From assembly GCA_025558095.1 (NCBI GenBank), contig JAIVFI010000001.1:1116001-1180000 (forward strand): 64,000 bases of DNA. The letters run 5' to 3'. The notes below the pieces were generated by a model, which saw only the letters and a program-made list of their open reading frames with translations, did no database searches and was not told the origin of the DNA. Each line of letters begins with the position of its first letter. Position 1 is the stretch's first letter. Source of the DNA: Hyaloraphidium curvatum SAG 235-1 (Eukaryota; Fungi; Monoblepharomycota). The position numbers were made by a program, and so were the translations under genes. This document shows, piece after piece, positions 42,076 through 52,952 of the stretch.

Positions 42076-42810
42076 ATGCAAATCCCCGGCCTTGGCCTGC
42101 GGCTCCCGGCCGGCTTCGAGCTCGCCCTCTTCTCCCTCTGCTTTTTCATGGTCCCGTGGGTCCTCGTCGCCCCCGCATCGTCCTGGGCCGGCTGGGTCCC
42201 CGGCCACCTCGCCCGCCTGGACAAGATCAACGCGGACCCGACGCTGCCCGTCCCGCGGGACACGACCACCAAGTACGTCGGGCACCCGGCGATCAAGCTG
42301 GTGCACATCCTGCCGTCGGCGGCGTGGTCGCTGTGCGGCGCGTTCCAGCTGCTTCCCGACTCGCGGACAAGGTTCCCGAAGGCACATCGGTGGACCGGCC
42401 GGGCGTTCTTCGCCCTGGGCGCGCTGCTCATGGTCGGCTACGCCGAGATCGAGCGGCGCGGGCTCGCCGCCGAGGGGATGAAAACCCATGCCGGGACGAT
42501 CGTGCGGGCCACGGCCCCCTGGTTCGTGCTCACCGGATCGCTGGCGTGGAACGCCGCCCGGAAACGGCGGTTCGACACGCACAGGCGGTGGGTCCTGCGG
42601 CACCTCTCCGCGGGCCTATGGGTGTCGCTGCAGCGCGTGGTGGTGCTGGGGCTGATCGGCGCCGCGCGGGCGTTCAACATCGTGTCGGACGACGAGAGGA
42701 GGGAGAGGACGTTCGCGCTGACGGCGGCGTCGGCGGCGGTGGCGCTGGTGGCGGCGTGCGAGGCGCACCTTGCTTCGGGGACGCCAAAGGCGGATCGCAA
42801 GACGGCGTGA
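42076..42810 (+). CDS. DUF2306 membrane protein
   Basis: HILPSAAW...FQL..RTRFPKAHRWTGR...ARKRRFDTHRRWVLR with several TM segments. Confidence 0.75.
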   Translation: MQIPGLGLRLPAGFELALFSLCFFMVPWVLVAPASSWAGWVPGHLARLDKINADPTLPVPRDTTTKYVGHPAIKLVHILPSAAWSLCGAFQLLPDSRTRFPKAHRWTGRAFFALGALLMVGYAEIERRGLAAEGMKTHAGTIVRATAPWFVLTGSLAWNAARKRRFDTHRRWVLRHLSAGLWVSLQRVVVLGLIGAARAFNIVSDDERRERTFALTAASAAVALVAACEAHLASGTPKADRKTA

Positions 42811-43533
42811 GCTGTTGGTTGTTGGTTGCACAGGCTGCCGGTGCGAGACTCTGAGCGGTTGCGCACTTATTGTGGCTCTTTACATTGTACCCTCGGGTCG
42901 CTTGAACGCTACCACACCGCCGCGATCGCCGCCTGTTCCAGTCTCCCGTCTGCCGAATGTCATGCCCTCTCCAATCGTGTTCTCTAAAAGGAATCCTTCT
43001 ATTCTGCTCGGTCCACGTAGCGCCTGCTGCCCTGCAGCGACCGGGAAACGGGCGCCACCTTCTCGGTGACCAGCGTCACGTCTCCCGTTGGCCGGGTTCG
43101 AGAACCGTGGCTTAGCGGGTAAACGGTGCCGTGACGCAACCGTGGCTGCCGCTCTGTTTTTCTTGCCTGATCGGTGGCTCGTGGTGCGGAAATGCGACGG
43201 ACGAGGCGGAGTTGCGGGACAGCAGTCGCGGGCAGGCCGCCCGCCGGCTGGCCTTTTCCGCGGCAGGCCGGCCGAGGACAAAGGGACACCTCTAGAGATG
43301 TGATTCTTCTTTTTCCTGGCTCTTTCAATGGGAATCGGGGCCGTGACCAGGGGTCGTTTTCGGTTTTCTTCGGCACAGCCCCGAGGGAGCGGCAACGCCT
43401 CGATCGCGTCCCCAACAATGACGCTTTAGCCCCGCTGCGCCACGGACCCCGGCCGGCGGCTGTCCCTCAAAATGGCGGTGGCGACGGCGGTGGCGACGGC
43501 GTGCTTGACACAACCACACGACACCGGGGCGCG

Positions 43534-45999
43534 ATGCGGCTCTCCGCCCTGCTTCTCGCGCTCCTCGCAACCTCCGCGGCGGGCACCGCCATTCCCCGTC
43601 GAGCACCGCGCCAGATCGCGGAAGGCTCGCTCTGGGTCGACGAGCTCGTCGTCGAGGACGATCCCGATGCCCAGGCCACCTTGAGAGGGTCACGAGCCGC
43701 GTACCCGATTTCGACCGACGGCCGATGCGGCCCTTTAGTGAATTTGGCGTGCCCGGCCGGGACTTGTTGCTCCTCTGGCGGCTACTGCGGCATAGGCGCA
43801 CCATGGTGCGGTGTCGGATGTCAGCCTGGTATGTCAAGCGCGTCCCGATGCTGCCCCGGGACTCTGATGAACGTCGCTCGCTCAACAGCCTTCGGAATCT
43901 GCGATTCTGGCTCGGGATCCAGCGGCACGACGACCTCCAGGCAGGCAGCCGCGACTTCGACCCGCAAGACGACGACGACAAAGGCTCCCGTCTCAACGAC
44001 CAAGGCCGCCGTTTCGGCGGTTTCGACGACCAAAGCCCCGGCAACAACCACCAAGGCCCCCGCCACGACCACGAAGGCCCCTGCCACGACAACAAAGGCC
44101 GCCGTGACGACGACAAAGGCCGCAATTGCCACGACGAAAGCGCCCACGACCACCACCGTCGCTGCGGGTGGCTCCTGCCCCACGTACCCTGTGTCGACGG
44201 ACTCCACCTGTGGCTCCGCCGTCGGCAAGTCCTGCCCTAACCCGTACTGTTGCTCCTCGACCGGTTATTGCGGTCTCGGTACGGCATGGTGCGGCGCCGG
44301 CTGCCAGATTGGTTCGTTACCTTCGATCGCGCTTAGCTGCCCCCACTCACTCATTTCTTGCAGGATTCGGTGTCTGCGATGCCGGCACTTGCTCCTCGGG
44401 ACCTGCTTCCAGCACGCCGCTGGCCGCGACGACAACCACGAAGGTTGCCCTGACCACCGGCGTTGGCCAGACCACCGGCGTCGCCCAGACTACTGGTGCT
44501 TCCACCAAAGCCCCCGCGAGCACGACGGTCAGGGCCGTTTCGTCGACGCTGGCTCCGACCAAGGCCATCACCACCACTACGCGTGCCGCCGGATCGACGC
44601 TGGTTCCGCGCCTGACGGAGCAGGTCGAAGTCGGTACTTACTTCACGCAATGGGGCGTCTACGCGCGTCAGTTCAAGATGTTCAAGCTCGCGGCCATGCC
44701 CGACGCCGGCCAGCTCACTTTCGTCAACTATGCATTCGGCAACGTCTACCAGCAGAACGGAGGCTACGAGTGCGGCATCGTGAACCGCATGGAGTCCGGC
44801 AACGGCGACGGCGGGGATGCGTGGGCGGATTTCGGCATGGGATACACCACCAGCGATTCTGTCGACGGCGTCGCGGACCGCTGGGACCAGGCCCTGGCCG
44901 GCAACTTCAACCAGCTCCGCAAGCTCAAGGCCCGCTTCCCCAAGATTCGCGCCTTCATCTCGCTGGGCGGGTGGACCTGGAGCAAGTGGTTCTCTGCAGC
45001 GGCCGCCACGGACGCCCTGCGCAAGCAGCTTGTGTCTTCGTGCATCAACGTCTACATCAGGGGGAACCTGCCCCTGGTCGACAACCGCGGCGGGCCCGGC
45101 TCCGCTGCAGGCGTCTTCGACGGAATCGATATAGACTGGGAGTTCCCGGGTGCGTTTCCCTTCCCTTTTGGTCTTGCTCGCCATCTTACCGGTTCCCAGG
45201 CGGTGGCGGCCTCCCATACAACACCTGGTCGGCCACGGACAAGGCCAACTTCAACCTTCTCCTGGCCGAGTTCCGTGCCCAGCTAGACGCCATCTCGCTC
45301 GAGACGGGCAAGCCGTATGGCCTGACGGCGGCGATCGGCGCCGGCAGGGACAAGATCACAAGCACCGAGCCCGCGGTCTACTCGCAGTACCTCGACTGGG
45401 TTAACCTGATGAGTTACGACTACAACGGGTGAGCATTTGGCGTCCGTATCGTCCGCATTGCCCGCTGATTGGCCCTCCGCAGCGCTTGGGACGCATCCGG
45501 ACCGACCAACTTCCATTCGCACCTGAACCCCGACCCCGCGTCGCCCTCCTTCTCGGCGCCCAACACCAACCTGCGCTACTACAACACCCGCGACGCCGTG
45601 GACTACCTCCTCGCCCAGGGCATGCCCGCGAACAAGCTGCTTGTTGGCCTGGCCTTCTACGGTCGCGGATGGACCGGCGTGAGCCCCGGCGGGACTGGTG
45701 TGAACGGCGTGTATCAGCCGGCTACCGGCGCCGCCCGCGGCACCTACGAAGCTGGCATCGAGGACTACAAGGTGCTGAAGAACGCGGCGGGCACGTTGTT
45801 TGTGCACAACGCCACGGGCCAGAGCTACAAGTACGACTCCGCGGGGAGGAACTGGTGGTCCTACGACGCCCCGAGGGACATTGACATGAAGGTTGGCTTC
45901 ACCAAGGCGAAGGGCCTGCGCGGGGTGTTCTCTTGGTCGATCGACGGCGACACGGCGGACGGGGAGCTGCTCTCGAGGAGCGCGTTGGTGAAGGCGTGA
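43534..45999 (+). CDS. Secreted GH18 chitinase with two CBM18 (hevein) domains and Thr-rich linkers
   Basis: Signal peptide; CCSSGGYCG and CCSSTGYCG; ISLGGWTWS, FDGIDIDWEFP, MSYD; introns 43829-43888, 44312-44363, 45150-45199, 45429-45482. Confidence 0.95.
43968..44157 (+). repeat. Degenerate 21-nt coding repeat (TTTKAPA)n
   Basis: Repeated TTKAPA/TTKAAV units in the chitinase linker; boundaries approximate. Confidence 0.85.
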
Positions 46000-46113
46000 T
46001 TGGCGGACACCGGGTTGGAGATTGAGAGCGCGAATTGTTGGAGCTGCTCAGCAAGAGAGCTTGGATATGCACTTCGATTCCATCTTGCCACACAGCTTCA
46101 ACATCCCCGGTCC

Positions 46114-47424
46114 TTACCCCCTCACGCTTCCTCCTTCGGCCGCCTTTTCCACCCTTTCCCTCACACCCCTGCCCTCACCCTCCTCCGCCGTCCGCTCGAT
46201 CAGCACCAGCTCCGCACCCCGCACATCCGCGTGCCTCAGCGCCGCGAAAAGGTGTGCGGCGTGCGATGGAGGCGAGGAGGGGTCGCCGAGGTTGTAGGCC
46301 ACGATCGAGCCGTCGTCCAGGTCCAGCGGGCCCGCAGGTGACGCGGCCAACGCGCAGAGGATGCCGATCCTGCCTCCGAGCCCGCGGGAGGAGGCTTCCT
46401 TCCTTGCCGCGCTCTTTAGTCGCTCGAGCTTCCCTGCGTCCAGATCTGCGTCGTCCTTCCCGCCGTAGACGACCGGGGGATCTAGCTGACAGACAACGCA
46501 AACGCCCCGTGGCGCGTAATGCCGGTACTTCATTCCCGGCGCCCGGGGCCGGTCGTCGTCGGCCGAAACCGGGACCGCCGCCGCCTTCTCCGCAGCCGGC
46601 CCGAGGTCTTTGTAGTACCGCACCCCTTCCCACCCCGGGCACTTCCTCAGCATCTCGATGGTGACACCGCCGTTCCGGAGGATCACGGGGTTGGCCCGGT
46701 CCGCGTGCCCGTCCACCACTGTGCTCTCGATGCCGCCGCCGCACGGTCCGCCGTCCAAAATGAGCGCCACGCGGCCGTCCAAGTCGTCCAGCACGTGTTC
46801 GGCGCGGGTGGGCGAGGGGCGGCCCGAAGAGTTGGCCGACGGCGCGGCCAGGGGTGCGTCGAGCAGCGAGATGAGCGCGGCGGCGACGGGGTGGGAAGGA
46901 GCGCGGACCGCCACGGTGGGGAGGCCGGCGGTGACGTTTGGCGGGAGGGTGGAGGCTGCGGGAAGAACCAAGGTGAGCGGGCCGGGCCAAAAGCGGAGCA
47001 GCGGGGAATAGATGTCCGGAATGCCGCGCCCTGGGGGCAGCAGGGGGTGAACCATGTCCACCGACGAAACATGCACGATGAGCGGGTTGTCAGACGGCCG
47101 CCGCTTGGCCTCGAAGATGCGCGCGACGGCGGCGCGGTCCAGTGGAGCAGCGAGGCCGTAGACGGTCTCTGTCGGGATCGCCACGGGGTGGCCGGCCCGG
47201 AGCAGGGCGCAGGCAACTTCGAGCGATTCCAGGTCTGCCGAATCCGGTTGCCATTCGGGCGAAGGCCTCTCCGCGTAGCTCAGGCGGAGGATCCGAGTCC
47301 GGTACGAGCCGTCGGGAGCAAAGAAGTCGGAGATGTCCCGCTCGGCCCCGGGGAGCGAGCGGTGGGTGCCACTGACGCCGTTGCCGTTGGCCGCAGCGCC
47401 GACGCCGTTCGTCCGAGGCTCCAT
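46114..47424 (-). CDS. SUA5: Threonylcarbamoyl-AMP synthase
   Basis: VAIPTETVYGLAA, KRRPSDNPLIVHV, FWPGPLT, AAPSANSSGRPSPT, GIESTVVD, APGMKYRHYAP. Confidence 0.95.
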   Translation of the reverse strand: MEPRTNGVGAAANGNGVSGTHRSLPGAERDISDFFAPDGSYRTRILRLSYAERPSPEWQPDSADLESLEVACALLRAGHPVAIPTETVYGLAAPLDRAAVARIFEAKRRPSDNPLIVHVSSVDMVHPLLPPGRGIPDIYSPLLRFWPGPLTLVLPAASTLPPNVTAGLPTVAVRAPSHPVAAALISLLDAPLAAPSANSSGRPSPTRAEHVLDDLDGRVALILDGGPCGGGIESTVVDGHADRANPVILRNGGVTIEMLRKCPGWEGVRYYKDLGPAAEKAAAVPVSADDDRPRAPGMKYRHYAPRGVCVVCQLDPPVVYGGKDDADLDAGKLERLKSAARKEASSRGLGGRIGILCALAASPAGPLDLDDGSIVAYNLGDPSSPPSHAAHLFAALRHADVRGAELVLIERTAEEGEGRGVRERVEKAAEGGSVRG

Positions 47425-47534
47425 CCTTCCCCAAGAGCTCACCGGCACGGCACCCGACCTTCCTGTTTGCTTGTTTGCCGCACGCGGCCTGATTTCGGGG
47501 ATTCGACTCGCGTTCGATTCTGCTGATTCCGGCG

Positions 47535-48248
47535 ATGCCCCGCGGAACTACAAAAGCCGCCGGTGCTGCGCAGTCGGAGGACTCGGACAAGAGCACTCTC
47601 CTGCCGTCGAAGGACGCCACCGCGGACCGCCTCGAGCCTCCGCCGACCCCCGCCGCCGCGCCTCGTCTCCGCATCGCGCTCGCCGTTTCCGCTCTCGCCG
47701 CCCTCCTCGGACTCCTGTTCCTGCTCGGCCCGCACTTTGCATTCGGCCCTGCGAACTCTACGAACACCGGAAATCCCGCCATGTCTTCCGTGCCCACCGC
47801 GATGACCGCCGACATGCGCACGCTCGGGCAGCAGTGGGCCGCCGTCCGCCAAATCAAGGGCCACTGGGCCGGCGGCAAATTCAACAAGGACGCAGATGCC
47901 CCTGCCGGACTCAAAAAGGCCACGCTGGACGGCCTCCTCCCGCTGTTCCCCCCTGGCACGCCGGCATCGCTCGTCGTCGAGGCCATGGGGCCCCCGGACG
48001 CCACTACCGCGCAGCTGCCCGGCGTGCACCCCGGCGCTACGACCGCATCGGTCGCCGATGGCGGTGCTGCTGTCGCGGGCGTGCCTATGATGCCGGGCCC
48101 CGCGCTCGGATCGGACGTCGCTGCCGCCGCGGACCAGCAGGGATCCTTCTACCTCGTTTACTGGTGGCGCTCGTGGCACGACTATGTCTACTTCCAGATC
48201 GAGGGCGAGCGTGTCAAGCACGGCGCCTGGTACATGGCGTACGAGTAG
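47535..48248 (+). CDS. Uncharacterised single-pass membrane protein
   Basis: 237-aa ORF with one TM helix and an aromatic-rich C-terminus YLVYWWRSWHDYVYF..WYMAYE. Confidence 0.7.
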   Translation: MPRGTTKAAGAAQSEDSDKSTLLPSKDATADRLEPPPTPAAAPRLRIALAVSALAALLGLLFLLGPHFAFGPANSTNTGNPAMSSVPTAMTADMRTLGQQWAAVRQIKGHWAGGKFNKDADAPAGLKKATLDGLLPLFPPGTPASLVVEAMGPPDATTAQLPGVHPGATTASVADGGAAVAGVPMMPGPALGSDVAAAADQQGSFYLVYWWRSWHDYVYFQIEGERVKHGAWYMAYE

Positions 48249-48486
48249 AGGAGTCTTTTGGACGGCTTAAGGCGGCCGGTCCGCCTTCCCTCATCTGCTA
48301 GGCCGCGGAGCAGGTACAGACGCGGCAAGAAGCTGCTGCTAGCTGGCATTTTCATTGTAAATGATTTGAGAAATGGACTTGATGATTGGTTGCGAATCGT
48401 ACGCGGAAGGAGTCGCTGTCCACAGTACATTGCAATCCGGCTTCCCCCGTCTCAAACTTCGACGATCCCACCGGGGACTTCCGGCC

Positions 48487-49225
48487 TCACAGCTTCGACG
48501 ACTTCGCTGGAGACGGCCCGCCGTCCGCCGCGAGCGCCTCCTTTATCCGCCTCTGCATGTCCCGCGCCTCTGCCGCCGTCAGCTTCAGCCTGTTCAGGTT
48601 CCCGCCCCGGAACCGCGCCGCGTCCGTTGCCGATCTCGGGATCACGTGGTAATGCGTATGGTACACTACTTGGCCCGCCACCTTTCCGTTGTTCACGAGG
48701 AGGTTGAATCCGTTCGAGTCGCCTTCCTCGCCGTGGACGCTGCTGACGACGGCCCGCGAAACGCGATTGACTACGCTGCCCAGGTGTTGCGACAGCTCCA
48801 AAGGGATGGCAGTCAGTCGTGGATGGTGCTCCAAAGGGATAATGAGGGTGCTTGAGGGAATGAAGGGCCGAGATGTGTTAGAGCGTGCCCAGACGCGTCC
48901 TCGCGGGAGCTTCAACGTACTGGCCCTCGGTCAGCGGGAAAAGGTCCAAGAAAGCCATGACTTTGTCGTCGCGATACACCTCGTATGAAGGCCGCTTCCC
49001 GGCGACGATTTGGCAGAATATGCACGAGGGGTCCGAGTGGAAGCTCCGGCCTTGGGAGCCAGCCCCCGGCGTCCATGACGGATCAGCGCTCGATGCGCTC
49101 CGGTCCAACGCGTCCAGGGCCTCGGTCGGATAGTGGTTGAGCCATTCCGGGTCATGCGTGGCGAAGGGGGCCGGGAACGGGTTCGCGTTGGTCCGTGGGA
49201 GGTGTCTGTCGTCCGGGGGGGCCAT
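48487..49225 (-). CDS. HIT family nucleotide hydrolase (Hint/Hnt1-like)
   Basis: Intron 48920-48851; CIFCQIV, AFLDLFPLTEGHTLIIP, NNGKVAGQVVYHTHYHVIPR. Confidence 0.92.
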
Positions 49226-50048
49226 CGCGCTTCGGGCTGCCGGCAGAGACAGCAAAGAAACGTGGAAGACAGTCCACGGAGTGAAGTGGACGAAGAAGCA
49301 AGACGAAGTGAGATCCGATGTGCGGAGAGGATGAACAACTGGAGGCTCACCCGCTCCGGGGAACGACGCCGATCTCTCTGCCCGGCCACAACTCCAAAGC
49401 CACAGCGCAATCAGGAGCCTGCCTGTTTGAGAAAGGACTCTCTGAAGTTTCTGCCCTCCGATCACGATTTGGAGGCGCCCACGTGACTGATCTTCAAGAG
49501 CTGCTGGCTTTCTCCACCCGAAGGCGACCGATTGAACTTCGACCCGGAAACCGATACACGGAATGGATAGAAGCGACGCCATGGATTAAGAACCATATTC
49601 TGCGACCGATCGGATGGAATGAAAAGCAGTATTCCGCCTCGCCGACGTGGTGGCTACATCAGTCAAACGGACCGTCCGAGCCCTGAAGCGACTTTCGCCT
49701 CGACCGAGGCGCGCCACCACGAGCGGACCCGGAGCCGTAGAGCTCTCCGTCCTTCCAGGCTCGGGCGGTCTTAACCGCCGCGCCCCGCGGGACGCCAGAG
49801 CCGAGCCGGACGAGGTCCGCGACGCGTTCGAGCGCTCGGACGAGGACGAGGCCGAGGAAGCCGCGCTCCTCAAGAAGGCCAACGGCGCCTCGCGCTCGCC
49901 GCCGCGCCGAAAGTCGAAGACATTCAAGCCGCAGCCCGCCGGCTCGTACGAGCGGCCGATTACCGAGTCGCAGGCCCGCCTTCCGCCCTTCCTTGTCTAC
50001 GCCCCGCAAGACACAGCGCCGGAAAAGAAGCCGTTCAACGTCCGCATA

Positions 50049-52855
50049 ATGAAGTTCACGCACTCTCTCAACCTCAACGCGGTGCCGGAATGGCAGGACC
50101 ACTACATAAACTATTCGATGCTCAAGAAGCTCATCTACCAGATCGAGAAGGTGGGCAAACCGCGCTCCGAAAGGAACCGCATGCCTCTCACACGCTTAAC
50201 TACGTCCGATGTGCAGGCTGTTGCTGCGCACAGCGGTCTTCCCGTGGTTCCTGAGGCGCCCGAGCCCAGCCATGACTCGACCACCTCGATCCACGTGGAC
50301 GACGACACCAAACCGCTGCTGGTCTCTCCGACGGGTCATCCGCTGGACGTGACGGACCCGGACGCGCTGTTTTCCAAGACGCTGGACAGGGAACTCGACC
50401 GCATTGTGCGCTTCTACAAGCGCAAGGAAGGCGAACTGCTCAAGGAGCTCGCGGTTGTCCTCGCGGACCTGGCACACGAAGAACGCATCAGCGAATTTGG
50501 CGCTCCTGCGGTGCGTCCGTCCAAGAGCCTAGGCGGGGCTTACACGACCGATGAACTCGTTCCGGCTCCGGGCCCCACCATCGGCACCGGTGGCGACCAA
50601 ACGCCGCTGCGGCCCGGCGACGGGCCCGCGGATGCTTCGTCTCCCTCGCTCGAAAAACCGTCGACGTCGCAGCAGCCCTTCACCCGACGCCAGAGGGCCG
50701 AAGACTCTTCGGACGACGACGTCCCCAAATCGCCGCGGCGCCGTGCCACGGTCGGGGACGTTCAGGACCGCCGCGCTTCGATTGGCTCCATGTGGGAGCA
50801 CCCCGGCGCCAAGCACTCGCGCACGCAGTTCCGCCAGCGCCTCATCAACCTGTTCGTTCTTCTGGTTGAGCTCAAGGACTTTGCCGACCTCAACTACACG
50901 GGCTTCCGCAAAGCCCTCAAGAAGTACGACAAGGTCATTGGCCGCCACCTCAAGAGCTCGTACATGCGGGACACGGTGGACCCCGAATACCCCTGGCTGC
51001 CCGAGACCCGCTCCGAGATCGAGGATGCCATTGACCGCGTCACGGTCGCCTATGCGCGCCTCACTACGGACGGGAACAAGAATCAGGCGAGCATGGAGCT
51101 CCGTTCCAACCTCCGGGAGCACATCGTCTGGGAGCGCAACACAGTGTGGCGGGACATGATCGAGCAGGAGCGCCGAGCGGCCAGCGTGAAGCTCAAGGCC
51201 AAGAAGCTGGCCGAGGCCGAAGGGGATGTCGGCGGCGAGACCGTTTGGCGCATACCCGGCCTCGGGGAGGTCCGGGTCCCCACCATCTCGCGGGCCATGT
51301 GGACGGGGTTGTTCTGCTTCCTCGTCTTTGTCGTGCTCCTCGTGGTGCCCATCTTTCCCACGGTGGAGCAGGAGAATTGCTTTGCGATCTTGGTCCTGGC
51401 TAGTTTGCTCTGGGCCACCGAGGTGCGTCTGCTGTGTCATTGTGTGCTTCTGTTGCTTGACGCGTATCTTTTAGGTCATGCCGCTCTTTGTCACTGCTCT
51501 CCTTGTGCCTTTCCTCGTCGTCGTTCTCGGAGTACTGCGCTTCCCCGACACCGGAGAACGGATGGACGCCAAGAACGCGGCCAAGAAGGTCTTTTCCGAC
51601 ATGTTCTCCCCCGTCATCATGCTGCTATTGGGCGGTTTCACGCTTGCCGCGGCCTTGAGCAAGCACCACATCGCCAAGATGATGGCTTCGACCGTTCTTC
51701 GAAGGGCAGGCACGGCGCCCAAATGGGTTCTCATGGCAATGATGTCTGTCGCCGCCTTCTTGAGCATGTGGATCAGCAACGTCGCTGCACCCGTGCTATG
51801 CTTCTCCCTCATCCAGGTCGGTGTGATTCTTCGCCGTTGCCATGGCGCTCCGTAACGTCGATGTGTCCTTAGCCGATCCTGCGCACCCTGCCCCACAAAT
51901 CGCCCTACGCGAAAGTCCTGGTGCTCGGCATCGCGCTCGCATCCAACATCGGCGGCATGTCGACGCCCATCTCCTCCCCGCAAAACATCATCGCCATCGG
52001 GAACATGACCCCTGCACCGACCTGGGCCCAGTGGCTGGCCGTGTCGATCCCCCTCTGCGTCATCTCGATCCTTCTCGTCTGGGCCCTTCTGCTCCTCATC
52101 CACCGCCCGCCGAGCGAGGCCACCGCGCCGCCGGAGATTTACATGGTTTCGAACGAGCCAATCACCGGGACGCAGTGGTACGTCATTGCCGTCAGCGCGG
52201 GAACGATCGTGTTGTGGTGCCTTGAGAGCACGATGGAGAACGTGGTCGGGGACATGGGCGTGCTCGCGGTGCTGCCGATCGTGTTCTTTTTCGGGAGCGG
52301 CGTCCTCACCAAGGATGACTTCAACAACTTCCTTTGTGAGTGTCGTGTCGGTGAAAGCTGAACCTCCCTAACTTCTTGTTGCTTCAAGGGACCGTCATTG
52401 TGCTTGCCATGGGCGGCATCTCTCTCGGCAAGGCAGTGGACTCGTCGGGCCTGCTTAAGGCAATCACGGACGCCATGAGTCCGGCACTGGCGGGCCTTTC
52501 GCCGCTGCTGTGCCTCATCATCTTCGCCGGGCTGGTTGCTGTCGTCACCTCCTTCATCTCGCACACGGTCGGCGCCCTCATCATCCTGCCGGTCGTGGCG
52601 CAGGTCGGGGCATCGCTCCCCGACCCGCACCCGAGGCTGCTCGTCATGGGGGTCGCGTTTATGTGCTCCGGCGCCATGGCGCTACCGGTCTCGAGCTACC
52701 CGAACATGAACGCCATCAGCTTGGAGGACCCGACGGGCGTGCCGTGGCTGGACGTCAAGGATTTCCTAGTCGCCGGTATCCCCGGGACTGCTGTGGTGTG
52801 GGCCGCGATCGTGACTGTGGGGTACGCCCTCATGACCTTCCTGCTGGGCTTCTGA
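50049..52855 (+). CDS. SPX-domain SLC13-type phosphate transporter (Pho87/Pho90/Pho91 family)
   Basis: MKFTHSLNLNAVPEW..YINYSMLKKLIY, LNYTGFRKALKKYDK, SMWISNVAAP, PISSPQN; introns 50151-50216, 51423-51474, 51817-51872, 52336-52388; the start may lie upstream (49619). Confidence 0.93.
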
Positions 52856-52952
52856 GTCGCACGGACGCCGCATATGTGGTGAAAATAAAGCACCAGTGCT
52901 TCTAACAGCTTCTAAGTCTTTACATTATCCATGTCCAGTTGTCCAGGGGTAT

